IMG/VR virus record: IMGVR_UViG_3300011006_000010
Span: 54,569-118,568 of that record
Origin: a virus
Taxonomy: Duplodnaviria; Caudoviricetes
Reading direction: 5' to 3' (one strand)
DNA length: 64,000 nt
The notes beneath the pieces are model-generated. The model was not told the origin of the DNA and did no database searches. It was given only the letters and a program-made list of their open reading frames with translations. This document shows, piece after piece, positions 29,536 through 38,439 of the stretch (position 1 is the first letter of the stretch; every line of letters begins with the position of its first letter). The position numbers were made by a program, and so were the translations under genes.

Positions 29536-29745
29536 TTACCCCCTATTATTTACCCATTTGATTGCCTGACCGAATTCTAATAATTCGTCGTCAACCTCAA
29601 GATAAGGCACAGACAAAATACCTTTTTCTTTCATAGCATCCTGATCATTTTCAATTGAATAATCAATTCCCTTTTGCTGTAATTTAGCTTCCAAAACTTT
29701 ACATCTTGGACAGCCAGTTGAATAAACCTTTATCAATACACACAC
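29536..29745 (-). CDS. Glutaredoxin/NrdH-like redoxin
   Basis: 'YSTGCPRCKVL','SVPYL'. Confidence 0.8.
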   Translation of the reverse strand: MCVLIKVYSTGCPRCKVLEAKLQQKGIDYSIENDQDAMKEKGILSVPYLEVDDELLEFGQAIKWVNNRG

Positions 29746-29963
29746 CCCTTATTGTTTTTAGATTGTCTGTACCTCTCATATTCTTCCATTTCTTTGCTAG
29801 TAGTCAAATAATATTTACCCATGATCTTATTCAAGCGTTTGCAAGCAATATAGAGATACTTAATTTCAAATTTACCGCCAAAAAAATCACTACATCCCTG
29901 AATAGATCCTTGATATAGTAACTCATTAGTATCGGCATCATAAATATTATATTGTTTATCCAT
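29733..29963 (-). CDS. Hypothetical protein
   Basis: GAGGAG RBS. Confidence 0.5.
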   Translation of the reverse strand: MDKQYNIYDADTNELLYQGSIQGCSDFFGGKFEIKYLYIACKRLNKIMGKYYLTTSKEMEEYERYRQSKNNKGCVY

Positions 29964-29981
29964 CTTGTCTCCTCTTTATTC

Positions 29982-30437
29982 CTAGTTGTAAATGCGGTTA
30001 ATTAAACTTGTTGCAAACTGTTTTTCGTCTTCGACGTTTTCTTTATAAACAGACAACATTGTTTTCCCTTTCTCTCTATACGTTGCAACCACTGTATGAT
30101 CTTTGCTGAATTCGATCACAATACGTGAAGAATCGTCCTGAACAGATGACTCGTCATACAATTCTTCGTCATCATACACACCATCTAAATATTCACACCA
30201 TCCAATGTCATAATACTCATCATCGCTATCGCTCAGTTCACGCATTGATTTATAGGCGCTTTCAGAAGATTGCGCATTTGTTGCAATTGCTACATTGTTT
30301 CTGCTAACACAGACAACATCGAGATCGACACAGGATTTGGCTGTTTCAGAAAATGAGTATCCCTCATCACATAATTTTTCAAAGACTTGTTCTCTGATTC
30401 GTTCGTCTTTTGGAATTAAAATTCTCCAATATTCCAT
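29982..30437 (-). CDS. Hypothetical acidic protein
   Basis: GGGGG RBS; first gene after the promoter at 30469-30497. Confidence 0.5.
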   Translation of the reverse strand: MEYWRILIPKDERIREQVFEKLCDEGYSFSETAKSCVDLDVVCVSRNNVAIATNAQSSESAYKSMRELSDSDDEYYDIGWCEYLDGVYDDEELYDESSVQDDSSRIVIEFSKDHTVVATYREKGKTMLSVYKENVEDEKQFATSLINRIYN

Positions 30438-30468
30438 TCAACCACCCCCTTAATTTTACTGTAACACT

Positions 30469-30497
30469 ATTATAAAGGTGTAATTCGCACATGTCAA
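30469..30497 (-). promoter_or_regulatory. Consensus sigmaA promoter with an operator-like motif in the spacer
   Basis: TTGACA-17 bp-TATAAT; the spacer contains TGTGCGAATTACACC. Confidence 0.8.
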
Positions 30498-30514
30498 TGG
30501 ATAATGTGTACATT

Positions 30515-33500
30515 TTACACCTTTTTAATAATTACTTTTTTTAGCCAATAATCATATTTATCAGGTACATTCTCCCAGATCATCCTGCCATTAGACGGAT
30601 CAACTTTGCCTGTCGGACGCTTCTGATGTTCTTTAGACAATGCTGTAATATGCAGAATATCGCCATCGCCGAATGGATATCTGGAGAACTGTGAAGCCCA
30701 CATCTTCACATTGCGTGTTTTCCCCGAAAAGATTTCATATAAAAGTATATTAACGATCTTCGATTTCTTGGCTACTGAAAGAACAAAGTAATCTCTTTTA
30801 TCTGCTCCAGGGCAAACTGTCTGACAATAACCAAGGTGCTCAATCTCATTCTTCAACATGTCTTCTATAGAGGTTTTCTCATGAACAGAAGCCACTAGAT
30901 CTCTTATCAAAGGCGTTGTGTCTTCAACCTTTATCTGCTTCGCCGTTTCTTTAGACGCATATCTACGTAACATATCTATGTCAATTTCAGATGAATTTTT
31001 TCTAAATATCTTTTTTCCATCATACTTATCAAATATTCTCTTTATCTCTAATAATGTATTAACATTGCCAAATTCTTCAAAGAAATTTATTTTAATAAGA
31101 ATATTAATCTGCCTAGAATCTAGAGTCGTATTCTGTAAATCTTTTAACAGATCAACAAAAGAATCATAATGGTTATCTCTTAATTCGTATAACTCGTTCC
31201 CGATTTTTTCATTCATATATTTAATTGATCCAATTCCTTTATATATAGAATTAGTTTCTTTTTCATACATATATTGTCCAATAGAATGTCGAAATCTAGG
31301 GGCTAGAAGCTTTATTTTAATACTTTTTGTATACTTGATAAGTTCCATCTGTTTATCCTCGTTGTCTGAATTATTGAGAGCTGCAGTAAGGAATTCTAGC
31401 GGATAATAATATCTTAAATATCCTGCTACATATCCCAAGTAAGAATATGGCTGTGAATGGTTGAGTGAAAATAAATAATTACTTGCATCTTCAATGACCT
31501 GTATAAATGCAGTAATATCTTCATTAGATTTTTCTTCAGAGATGCCATATTTTTCTTTCATGGTCTTGATATATCCATTAATATGATTAATCTTGTTTTT
31601 ATCGTCAGGAGCATAACCGCCATTTTTAATGATAGGAAGCCAGTCTTCTGTTCCATACTTCTTGGCAAAACATCTTCTGACAATATCTGCCTGCCCCATC
31701 GTAAATCCACAGTATTCATGCAAGAATTGAATGATCTGTTCCTGAAAAACGAGGTATCCAAAAGTATTTGACAAAAAGTCATCTATGGGTTTTGCTCCAG
31801 TTTTTCTAACAACTCCATTTGCTAAATCATCTCTATATGAAGCTCCTGCAGGTCTGATTGCCGAGTTCCCAATACTCATTAATGTCATTCTGTCAACGTT
31901 TTCATTAACAGACTGCATTTGTCTGATATTTTCATCAGACAATAGCTTGCCAATATAAGACTCAGCATATTTTCCTTCCCATTGGAAGATGCCGACTGTG
32001 TTATCTCTAATAGAATTCCACACATTCAGATCATCAATATCGACATTGTCTGGAACTAGCCTTTCAATTCCAGCCATCTTACATGTTTCGTTTATGACTT
32101 CAATTGTATCTAGTTTTAATAAATCTAATTTTACATAATTCAATCCGTCAATTTCCTTCATGTTAATCTGACTGACAGGATATGGATCATTGGCAGTAGA
32201 CATAATGCCGAATTTTTCAGCTATATTAACTGGAGATACGACCATGCCACAAGGGTGATTTCCACAAGATACAATAGTGCCATTTACCAAATCAACATAT
32301 TTGAATACGCCTGAATATTTTTCCTTTGCTTTATCCAAATCTGCTTCAGCAGCATTCTTTATTTCTGAAGCGTAGCTAAGATAGTCTATATCCTCAGAGT
32401 CCTTATATAGACCTCTGCAAACGTCATCAATTGCACCCTTTAAGGCTATCGTATTAAAAGTGACGATATCGCAGCAATATAGCCCATGTTTATTGACGAT
32501 GTATTTCTTAACATCATCAATTCTAGACGGAGGGAAGTCAGTGTCAATATCAGCTAAGCTTACTCTTTCTGTATTCATAAACCTTTCAAAGTTAAGCTTG
32601 TGTTTTATCGAGTCCATTTCAGTAATGCCTAATAAATAGCAGATGATGCTGCCGTTAACAGAGCCACGACCATATCCAACTTCTATGTCGTGTTCTTTAC
32701 ACCACTGAATGATATCATCCATTAAAAGAATGAAATCTATAGCTCCATTATGTTTATATGTTTTAAATTCATTCAAGACTCTGTTCTTGTATTCTGCATA
32801 ATTTGGCTTCGCTTTTATATTTCTCCATCTCGCACCTTCATTAATTCTTTTCTTGAAATATGCTTCAGGATCGTCCCATAAGTGAGGGTATTTATAAGAC
32901 ATATCTAGTGAAAACTCTTCTACGGCATCAGCTAATTTGTTTGTGTTTTCAATAGCCTCTAGAACTACATCCATAGGTAAGGAATTCTGCTTCTCATATG
33001 CTTCAATCAGAGTTCCATAAGTTTTAAATTCTAAATCCCACAAATCTTCTTCTGCAAATCTTACATTTTTTGCCTTTTGCAAAATCTTCCTGCCTTCCAT
33101 CTGAGAAGAATCTATTGCGTGTGTATCCGTACCAACAATCAAAGGAATTCCAGTCTTTTTATGAAGCTCATACAGTTTTTTGTTATAAGAAATCTGATCA
33201 TCAACGTTATGATGCTGAATTTCTAAAAAGCATCTGTTCTTGTTTTTTATGAGGAACTGAATAAATTTTCTCTGAAGCTCTGAATTGCCTTTGTTTAAGA
33301 TCCCACCCAGGCATGCAGTTAGAACATATACGTTACTGCTTGTTTTAATCAGTTCATCAAACGTAATTCTTGGAACATAATAGAAATGTCCATCTTCTCT
33401 ATTAAAGGAAGCACTGGACATTCTATTAATTTCTTCAACTCCTGCATAATTCTTGGCTAACAATGTACAATGATAATTATCTCGCACTTTTTCACCGTTA

Positions 33501-33730
33501 ACATCTTCAGTGATATAAGCCTCAATCCCATGAATATATTTAAGACCGTTCTGTTCGCAACACTGCTTCTTTTTGACCCATCCTAGAACATTGCCATGTT
33601 CCGTAAATGCGATCGCCTTCATACCACATTCTTTTGCCTTTAAAACATATTCGTCAAAAGACGTAATAGAATCTATGTTAATCTGTGCATTTGAAAACAT
33701 GCTATGTAAATGTAAAATTGTATAATTCAT
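30515..33730 (-). CDS. dnaE: DNA polymerase III alpha subunit
   Basis: PHP 'HLHS','TEHG','GIEAY'; 'GRGS','DIDTD','KLDLL','FQEQI','FSLNHS'; start MNYT after GGAGG. Confidence 0.95.
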   Translation of the reverse strand: MNYTILHLHSMFSNAQINIDSITSFDEYVLKAKECGMKAIAFTEHGNVLGWVKKKQCCEQNGLKYIHGIEAYITEDVNGEKVRDNYHCTLLAKNYAGVEEINRMSSASFNREDGHFYYVPRITFDELIKTSSNVYVLTACLGGILNKGNSELQRKFIQFLIKNKNRCFLEIQHHNVDDQISYNKKLYELHKKTGIPLIVGTDTHAIDSSQMEGRKILQKAKNVRFAEEDLWDLEFKTYGTLIEAYEKQNSLPMDVVLEAIENTNKLADAVEEFSLDMSYKYPHLWDDPEAYFKKRINEGARWRNIKAKPNYAEYKNRVLNEFKTYKHNGAIDFILLMDDIIQWCKEHDIEVGYGRGSVNGSIICYLLGITEMDSIKHKLNFERFMNTERVSLADIDTDFPPSRIDDVKKYIVNKHGLYCCDIVTFNTIALKGAIDDVCRGLYKDSEDIDYLSYASEIKNAAEADLDKAKEKYSGVFKYVDLVNGTIVSCGNHPCGMVVSPVNIAEKFGIMSTANDPYPVSQINMKEIDGLNYVKLDLLKLDTIEVINETCKMAGIERLVPDNVDIDDLNVWNSIRDNTVGIFQWEGKYAESYIGKLLSDENIRQMQSVNENVDRMTLMSIGNSAIRPAGASYRDDLANGVVRKTGAKPIDDFLSNTFGYLVFQEQIIQFLHEYCGFTMGQADIVRRCFAKKYGTEDWLPIIKNGGYAPDDKNKINHINGYIKTMKEKYGISEEKSNEDITAFIQVIEDASNYLFSLNHSQPYSYLGYVAGYLRYYYPLEFLTAALNNSDNEDKQMELIKYTKSIKIKLLAPRFRHSIGQYMYEKETNSIYKGIGSIKYMNEKIGNELYELRDNHYDSFVDLLKDLQNTTLDSRQINILIKINFFEEFGNVNTLLEIKRIFDKYDGKKIFRKNSSEIDIDMLRRYASKETAKQIKVEDTTPLIRDLVASVHEKTSIEDMLKNEIEHLGYCQTVCPGADKRDYFVLSVAKKSKIVNILLYEIFSGKTRNVKMWASQFSRYPFGDGDILHITALSKEHQKRPTGKVDPSNGRMIWENVPDKYDYWLKKVIIKKV

Positions 33731-33772
33731 ATGGTACCTCCCTAACAATCTAACATACTCATGGAATCATAA

Positions 33773-34022
33773 TTATAAAGGTCTATATAATACTAGCGGA
33801 TAATCAGGTGCCGTAAAAGAGAGGTTGTAGCTGATGAAGTCAGCAGCTTCTTCCTCGTCTTTACACACCCCCCCCTTTGATTAAGTGCTCAATCATCAGA
33901 TCGTAATCATAGACGGCTTGATTTGAAGACGTGACTCCCATAAAAGCATCTTCATAATCAGGATCGGCAAATACAATCACGTCTTCAAACCCCATATCTA
34001 ATATCTGATCAATTACGTTCAT
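33773..34022 (-). pseudogene. Hypothetical protein with a frameshift at a G8 tract
   Basis: Removing one G at 33868-33875 extends IKGGV into CKDEEEAADFISYNLSFTAPDYPLVLYRPL*. Confidence 0.5.
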
Positions 34023-34473
34023 GTTTGAAATCTCCTTCGGAAGAATCAACGAAGATTACCAACGTATCTTGCTTTATGCAAACTGCAGAAACTGGCAAAC
34101 TGCCAATTCTATCCCAATCTTCGCGCATTCGCCAAGAGCTTTTACCAAGAACATCAACAAATTCAGCATCATCGTCTTCGACGAAATCCCATATGCGACC
34201 ATAGAAAATTTTACTATTTTCTGACGACGCCGAATTATCATCTAGAATCATGATATTTCCGCTCATATCATACCTGGATAGTAGTTTTGAAACCGTCATT
34301 TTATCATTTAGGATTCCAAGGTTTTCAAAATTTTCAGAGACTTTTATAAAGCATTCTGCATAGCCAGAGGCAAATCCTTCCTCAAAGGCACGGTCTTCTG
34401 ACACTGTTACCAACCACCAAGTTGCTGATAAATACGCAATAATTATCAATATATAAACAATCGCATTCAACAC
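34009..34473 (-). CDS. Membrane-anchored hypothetical protein
   Basis: N-terminal TM segment. Confidence 0.5.
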   Translation of the reverse strand: MLNAIVYILIIIAYLSATWWLVTVSEDRAFEEGFASGYAECFIKVSENFENLGILNDKMTVSKLLSRYDMSGNIMILDDNSASSENSKIFYGRIWDFVEDDDAEFVDVLGKSSWRMREDWDRIGSLPVSAVCIKQDTLVIFVDSSEGDFKHERN

Positions 34474-34798
34474 ACATCACTTCCTATCTGTAATCATCTT
34501 CTGATTTAATATGCTCATACAAGTGTCTATATAATTTATTTCTCAAATCTTCGATTTCTTTTCTTAATTCATTAATTTCTTTTGTTGCTCTTTAGTAGTC
34601 TTTACTTCGTTTTTCTTAACATTCAAAATATCCCGCGCACCGTAAGCCCTAATAAAAATCCACAAATAACCCCAGTCAAATAAGCCATAGCCGTTATAGT
34701 CATTGCATTCCCCTAATTATATTTACTAACACTTACTAGAGCCATAAGCGTTACTCCAGTTGCTAATCCGATCATAAATCCAATTACAAACCCAATCA

Positions 34799-35212
34799 TT
34801 ATTGTTCATCATCCTTAACGCTTTTAGAGAATGGTCTTTGCACACACACCTTTTTGTCTACAGTCTTCTGAAAATGAGAATTACTGCCAAAAATATGTTT
34901 TATAATTGCATAAGCTACTGCTGTATAAATCGAATAATTTTCAGTTTTTTCATTTGAAAGTTTTACAACTTCTTTTTCTCCATCAGCAAAGAATACAATC
35001 GTAGCTCTATTATTGATAATAATCTTCGTAATTAATTCAGATAAATCAGTTGTAATCAGCAGTTTCTTGTATTGAATGGGATATGTATCAGCCTTAACAG
35101 CGTAAAAATAAAGGCTCGGCATCACATGGTCGTTTGGTAACATAAATTTCCCCCTTGATTTATTTTGATTTAGTTGATCTGATATAATCCTCGATAAATT
35201 TATATTTGTCAT
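34799..35212 (-). CDS. Hypothetical phage protein
   Basis: 'IIINNRATIVFFADGEKEVVK...AYAIIK'. Confidence 0.5.
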   Translation of the reverse strand: MTNINLSRIISDQLNQNKSRGKFMLPNDHVMPSLYFYAVKADTYPIQYKKLLITTDLSELITKIIINNRATIVFFADGEKEVVKLSNEKTENYSIYTAVAYAIIKHIFGSNSHFQKTVDKKVCVQRPFSKSVKDDEQ

Positions 35213-35364
35213 TGATAGGTTTAAAATTATCCTTGTCGATCACATTTGCCTCCATGGCAAAAATTGTGTACCCTCGTAAAAAACTTAATGTTAATAATGC
35301 TTGTTCTGCATTCTGTTCTTTTTCCATTTTAATCCTCCTCCTTATACACTTCAGGCAACGGCAT

Positions 35365-35673
35365 TCAGGCTACTGCTTCGTAATCTGTATCACACTCTAT
35401 GCTTGGAAATGCAATCCACTCTTTTGTGACTCTGTCATAATAGCCGACGATACACAAAGCGTTGTCCAGTTGCATAAGGACGCGCATTTCGTCAAAAGGT
35501 AACATTTCGGTGCACGAAATCCACTCCGGTTCTTCGTAAATATAATCCCCGATATCTTCAAATCTTTCGTTAGTTTTGCTGATAACAGATGAATCAATGT
35601 GTTCGCTTTCCATTTTAGCGATAAGATAACCCCATAAGTAATTTAGGCTTGATAATGCGTCGTGTTTGTTCAT
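35365..35673 (-). CDS. DUF551-like protein
   Basis: 'WISCTEMLP...VL'. Confidence 0.5.
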   Translation of the reverse strand: MNKHDALSSLNYLWGYLIAKMESEHIDSSVISKTNERFEDIGDYIYEEPEWISCTEMLPFDEMRVLMQLDNALCIVGYYDRVTKEWIAFPSIECDTDYEAVA

Positions 35674-35853
35674 TTGTTATTCCTCGCTTTCTATCTGTAG
35701 TTCACCCCATGTTTCCCGATAATTACAACATCATATTTAATCAGACATTTTATTGACAAGCATACCCATTTCAAGAACGATATGTCGTAATCGCAAATCT
35801 TCCATAAATCATCATTCAAATCTCTTGCTTTAATGCTCCATTTACTACCCATA

Positions 35854-36123
35854 TCATTCCTCACTCCAATCTAATCTTTGCCCACACCACCGACAGTATG
35901 GGAACCTTACGTAGTTAAGTTCACCCGTTTCACAATTTGGACAAAAATATTCCCACTTATAAAAGCTCTGGTTACTTTTATCAAAACGTGGCTTCATTGG
36001 CTCAGCCCTCTTAATCAGTTCATCAGCCAGCTCTATAGCTTTGTCTTTGTCATGTTTCTCTTTCGTGTCGTGGCAGACCACTCTGTATAGCATGGTTTTA
36101 ATTAGTTTGTAATCATTGGTCAT
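35854..36123 (-). CDS. Zinc-ribbon protein
   Basis: 'CPNC','YCRWCGQRLDW'. Confidence 0.6.
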   Translation of the reverse strand: MTNDYKLIKTMLYRVVCHDTKEKHDKDKAIELADELIKRAEPMKPRFDKSNQSFYKWEYFCPNCETGELNYVRFPYCRWCGQRLDWSEE

Positions 36124-36485
36124 TTATAGCCCCTTTCCAAATAACAACTGCGCTAGGAAATGGCGCAGATTGATATTCTTTTCCATTATCGTCAGTAAAC
36201 TTGATTCTGCCTTTTAAAAAAAATCGTATTTCAGCTTTGTCAAAGATGTAGTCATGCCAGTATCTTGTATCAGTTCTAGCAGGTTTCAAACTTTCCTCAT
36301 AGCATTTCTTAATCCATTTAGATATCTCTTTGCCATATGGTGGGTTGCAGAACACGTTCTCCCCCCCCCCCCCCCCGGGAGCAAGGATCAAGTGTAAAGT
36401 GAAACTCTCTGTTTAAATCATCAAACAGGTTTTGAGGTGTGCACCACTCTTGACTTTTGCTCGTGAATAAAGAATTGTTAATCAT
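36113..36485 (-). pseudogene. Phage N6-adenine DNA methyltransferase (Dam/PF05869-like), frameshifted at a G16 tract
   Basis: 5' part MINNSLFTSKSQEWCTPQNLFDDLNREFHFTLDPC; 3' part 'VFCNPPYG','ARTDT','KGRIKF','APFPS'; frames join if the tract is G15 or G18. Confidence 0.75.
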
Positions 36486-36492
36486 TAATTAC

Positions 36493-36810
36493 TCAATCTC
36501 CTTTATTATTATTTCCATCAATAATGTTATAACCAAGGTATTCTAAAAGATTGATAACATCATCGTCTGTAAATTGTGCCCCAGATGGCAATGTTAACGC
36601 GTTGATAATCGAGCTTAAATAATGATGATAACCAACAAAGAATCCTAATTCCCTTAAACATTTATAACGTCTGTCGAGCATTATCTGCCTTCTAGGTGGT
36701 TCAACTTTATAGACTTCTCTTGAAACATAAAGAAGTTCTAACAAAATATCTTTATTAATTGATAAATCTTCTTTTGCTCTATATCCCCAATATTCATTGA
36801 TCATGCTCAT
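36493..36810 (-). CDS. Hypothetical protein
   Basis: Operon context. Confidence 0.5.
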   Translation of the reverse strand: MSMINEYWGYRAKEDLSINKDILLELLYVSREVYKVEPPRRQIMLDRRYKCLRELGFFVGYHHYLSSIINALTLPSGAQFTDDDVINLLEYLGYNIIDGNNNKGD

Positions 36811-36989
36811 TTATCATCGCTCCTCTTATGTGCCTGATAATATAACTCATCTCTCTCTTCTTTTCCCATTCTGTATCGCCACAACGGACAATCTTTTGTC
36901 GGACACAGACGAACCTCTGATGACTGATCACAGCAGCAGTCTAAACATTTGGCCCTAATAGCCTTAGCCTTCGTTAATCGTTCTTGCAT
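36807..36989 (-). CDS. Small Cys-rich phage protein
   Basis: 'KAIRAKCLDCC...EVRLC...CPLW.YRMG'. Confidence 0.6.
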   Translation of the reverse strand: MQERLTKAKAIRAKCLDCCCDQSSEVRLCPTKDCPLWRYRMGKEERDELYYQAHKRSDDK

Positions 36990-37405
36990 TTATCAATTAC
37001 CTTATGTATTTTTTTGCGAATATGATGTTTGAATTTATCATCAAGAGCAATTGGTTCTTCTTCTAGCTTTCTTAATGTTTCTCTTGAAATCCCAAGCATT
37101 TTATGAAGTTTGGTTCTACTGACATTATTTTTTTTAATAAGTGCAGTCAATTCTCTGCCTTTATTCATTTCATTATTCATAAATCCAATAAAATCTTTTC
37201 TTGTCGGCAAAGAGCTTTCTCCTTTTTTATTGCTAGCGACACATAATCTTACGTCTGATGATTTAATAGGATATGCAATCTTGCTACCCACATCGACATA
37301 GATAACATCCGTGCTGATGGATTCTACTTTATTCTTTGCCTTCTTATCGTTTTTGTTTTTTGTTTCTGCGAATTCCTTAATTTCTTTTGTCAAAAATTTG
37401 TACAT
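36974..37405 (-). CDS. HTH DNA-binding protein
   Basis: C-terminal 'SRTKLHKMLGISRETLRKLE'. Confidence 0.55.
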   Translation of the reverse strand: MYKFLTKEIKEFAETKNKNDKKAKNKVESISTDVIYVDVGSKIAYPIKSSDVRLCVASNKKGESSLPTRKDFIGFMNNEMNKGRELTALIKKNNVSRTKLHKMLGISRETLRKLEEEPIALDDKFKHHIRKKIHKVIDKCKND

Positions 37406-37443
37406 CTCTTCGTCTCCTTAATTCTTTTAGTTATCTGTACGTA

Positions 37444-38097
37444 TTACACATTTATAATGTCTTTTAAATACTTGCATTCATCTAACATGGTATCGCAAAA
37501 GTCATGCCACTCTTCTAACTTATGATTTTTTCTTTGTTTAATGATATTAATCAATGCCTGATAAGACATTTCATATGTTCTCTTTTGCATATATGACGAT
37601 GGAAGAAGCTGAATCAGCGAATACCAGACATCTTTTTTAGTAGGATAACGTTCCGTAATGATATCAGCACAATCATCATAATTAACATACAGGGTTCTTA
37701 GATTTTCCAAATGGTAAATAAATGGATAGAACCAATTATGTAAATCTTCTTCACTCATTTTGTCATGTGCAAAATCTTCGATATCGAATGGCTTCGACAT
37801 GATTTTATGCATTGTTGATGTTGAGTTGCAATTTACTCCAACTTTATATGTATCCATCTCCTTTAAAAGATAAAGAGGTGCAGTCATATCAAATGTGACT
37901 CTGATCATTCTCAGATACTTTGCATGTTCTGTTCCAGCTTTATATAATCGTCTAGCTAGATCCAAATCCTTTTCGCCTAATGTATCGTTTTCTAAATCTG
38001 AATCGCTTAATTTCCATGAGTTCATTGGATTCCTAGCTGCATATACAGCTCTTGCAACATTTGTCACTTTAATGTTCTCAATTTTAATTAGACTCAT
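37444..38097 (-). CDS. ThyX-like (Thy1 fold) protein
   Basis: 'AARNPMNSW','HAKYLR','APLY..KEMDTY','STMHK','LPSSY.QKRT','RKNHKL.EW'. Confidence 0.65.
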   Translation of the reverse strand: MSLIKIENIKVTNVARAVYAARNPMNSWKLSDSDLENDTLGEKDLDLARRLYKAGTEHAKYLRMIRVTFDMTAPLYLLKEMDTYKVGVNCNSTSTMHKIMSKPFDIEDFAHDKMSEEDLHNWFYPFIYHLENLRTLYVNYDDCADIITERYPTKKDVWYSLIQLLPSSYMQKRTYEMSYQALINIIKQRKNHKLEEWHDFCDTMLDECKYLKDIINV

Positions 38098-38110
38098 TTT
38101 TTCTCCTTTT

Positions 38111-38432
38111 GGATTGCCATCTTATCCTTGTCATAGTCGTTAATAATTGGGAGGTATAAAATAGTAGCGTTTTGTCTTGGTTAAGTCGATTAGTTATAAA
38201 GATGAAAATAACTATTATGAATTAAATTCTAACTATGGCAAGGACAAGACGACAATCCTTTTATACAACCTTCTTCCTACAAAACTGCTAACCAAGCTAT
38301 TTTTTGATAGTACCCCCTAACTTTTTCAATGCCGACACATCAGCAGATTTATTTTTTTGGTTATACTATTCGGGAAAGGATAGCTGATGTATGATTGAAA
38401 TCCTGATCAGCAGCTTGGTAAGAAGAAGGTTG
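38111..38432 (-). ncRNA. Putative structured RNA (two long stem-loop domains)
   Basis: 27-bp stem 38111-38137/38232-38258 with three G.U pairs on the - strand; second domain 38266-38432 with 11-, 8- and 8-bp helices. Confidence 0.5.
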
Positions 38433-38439
38433 AAATAAC

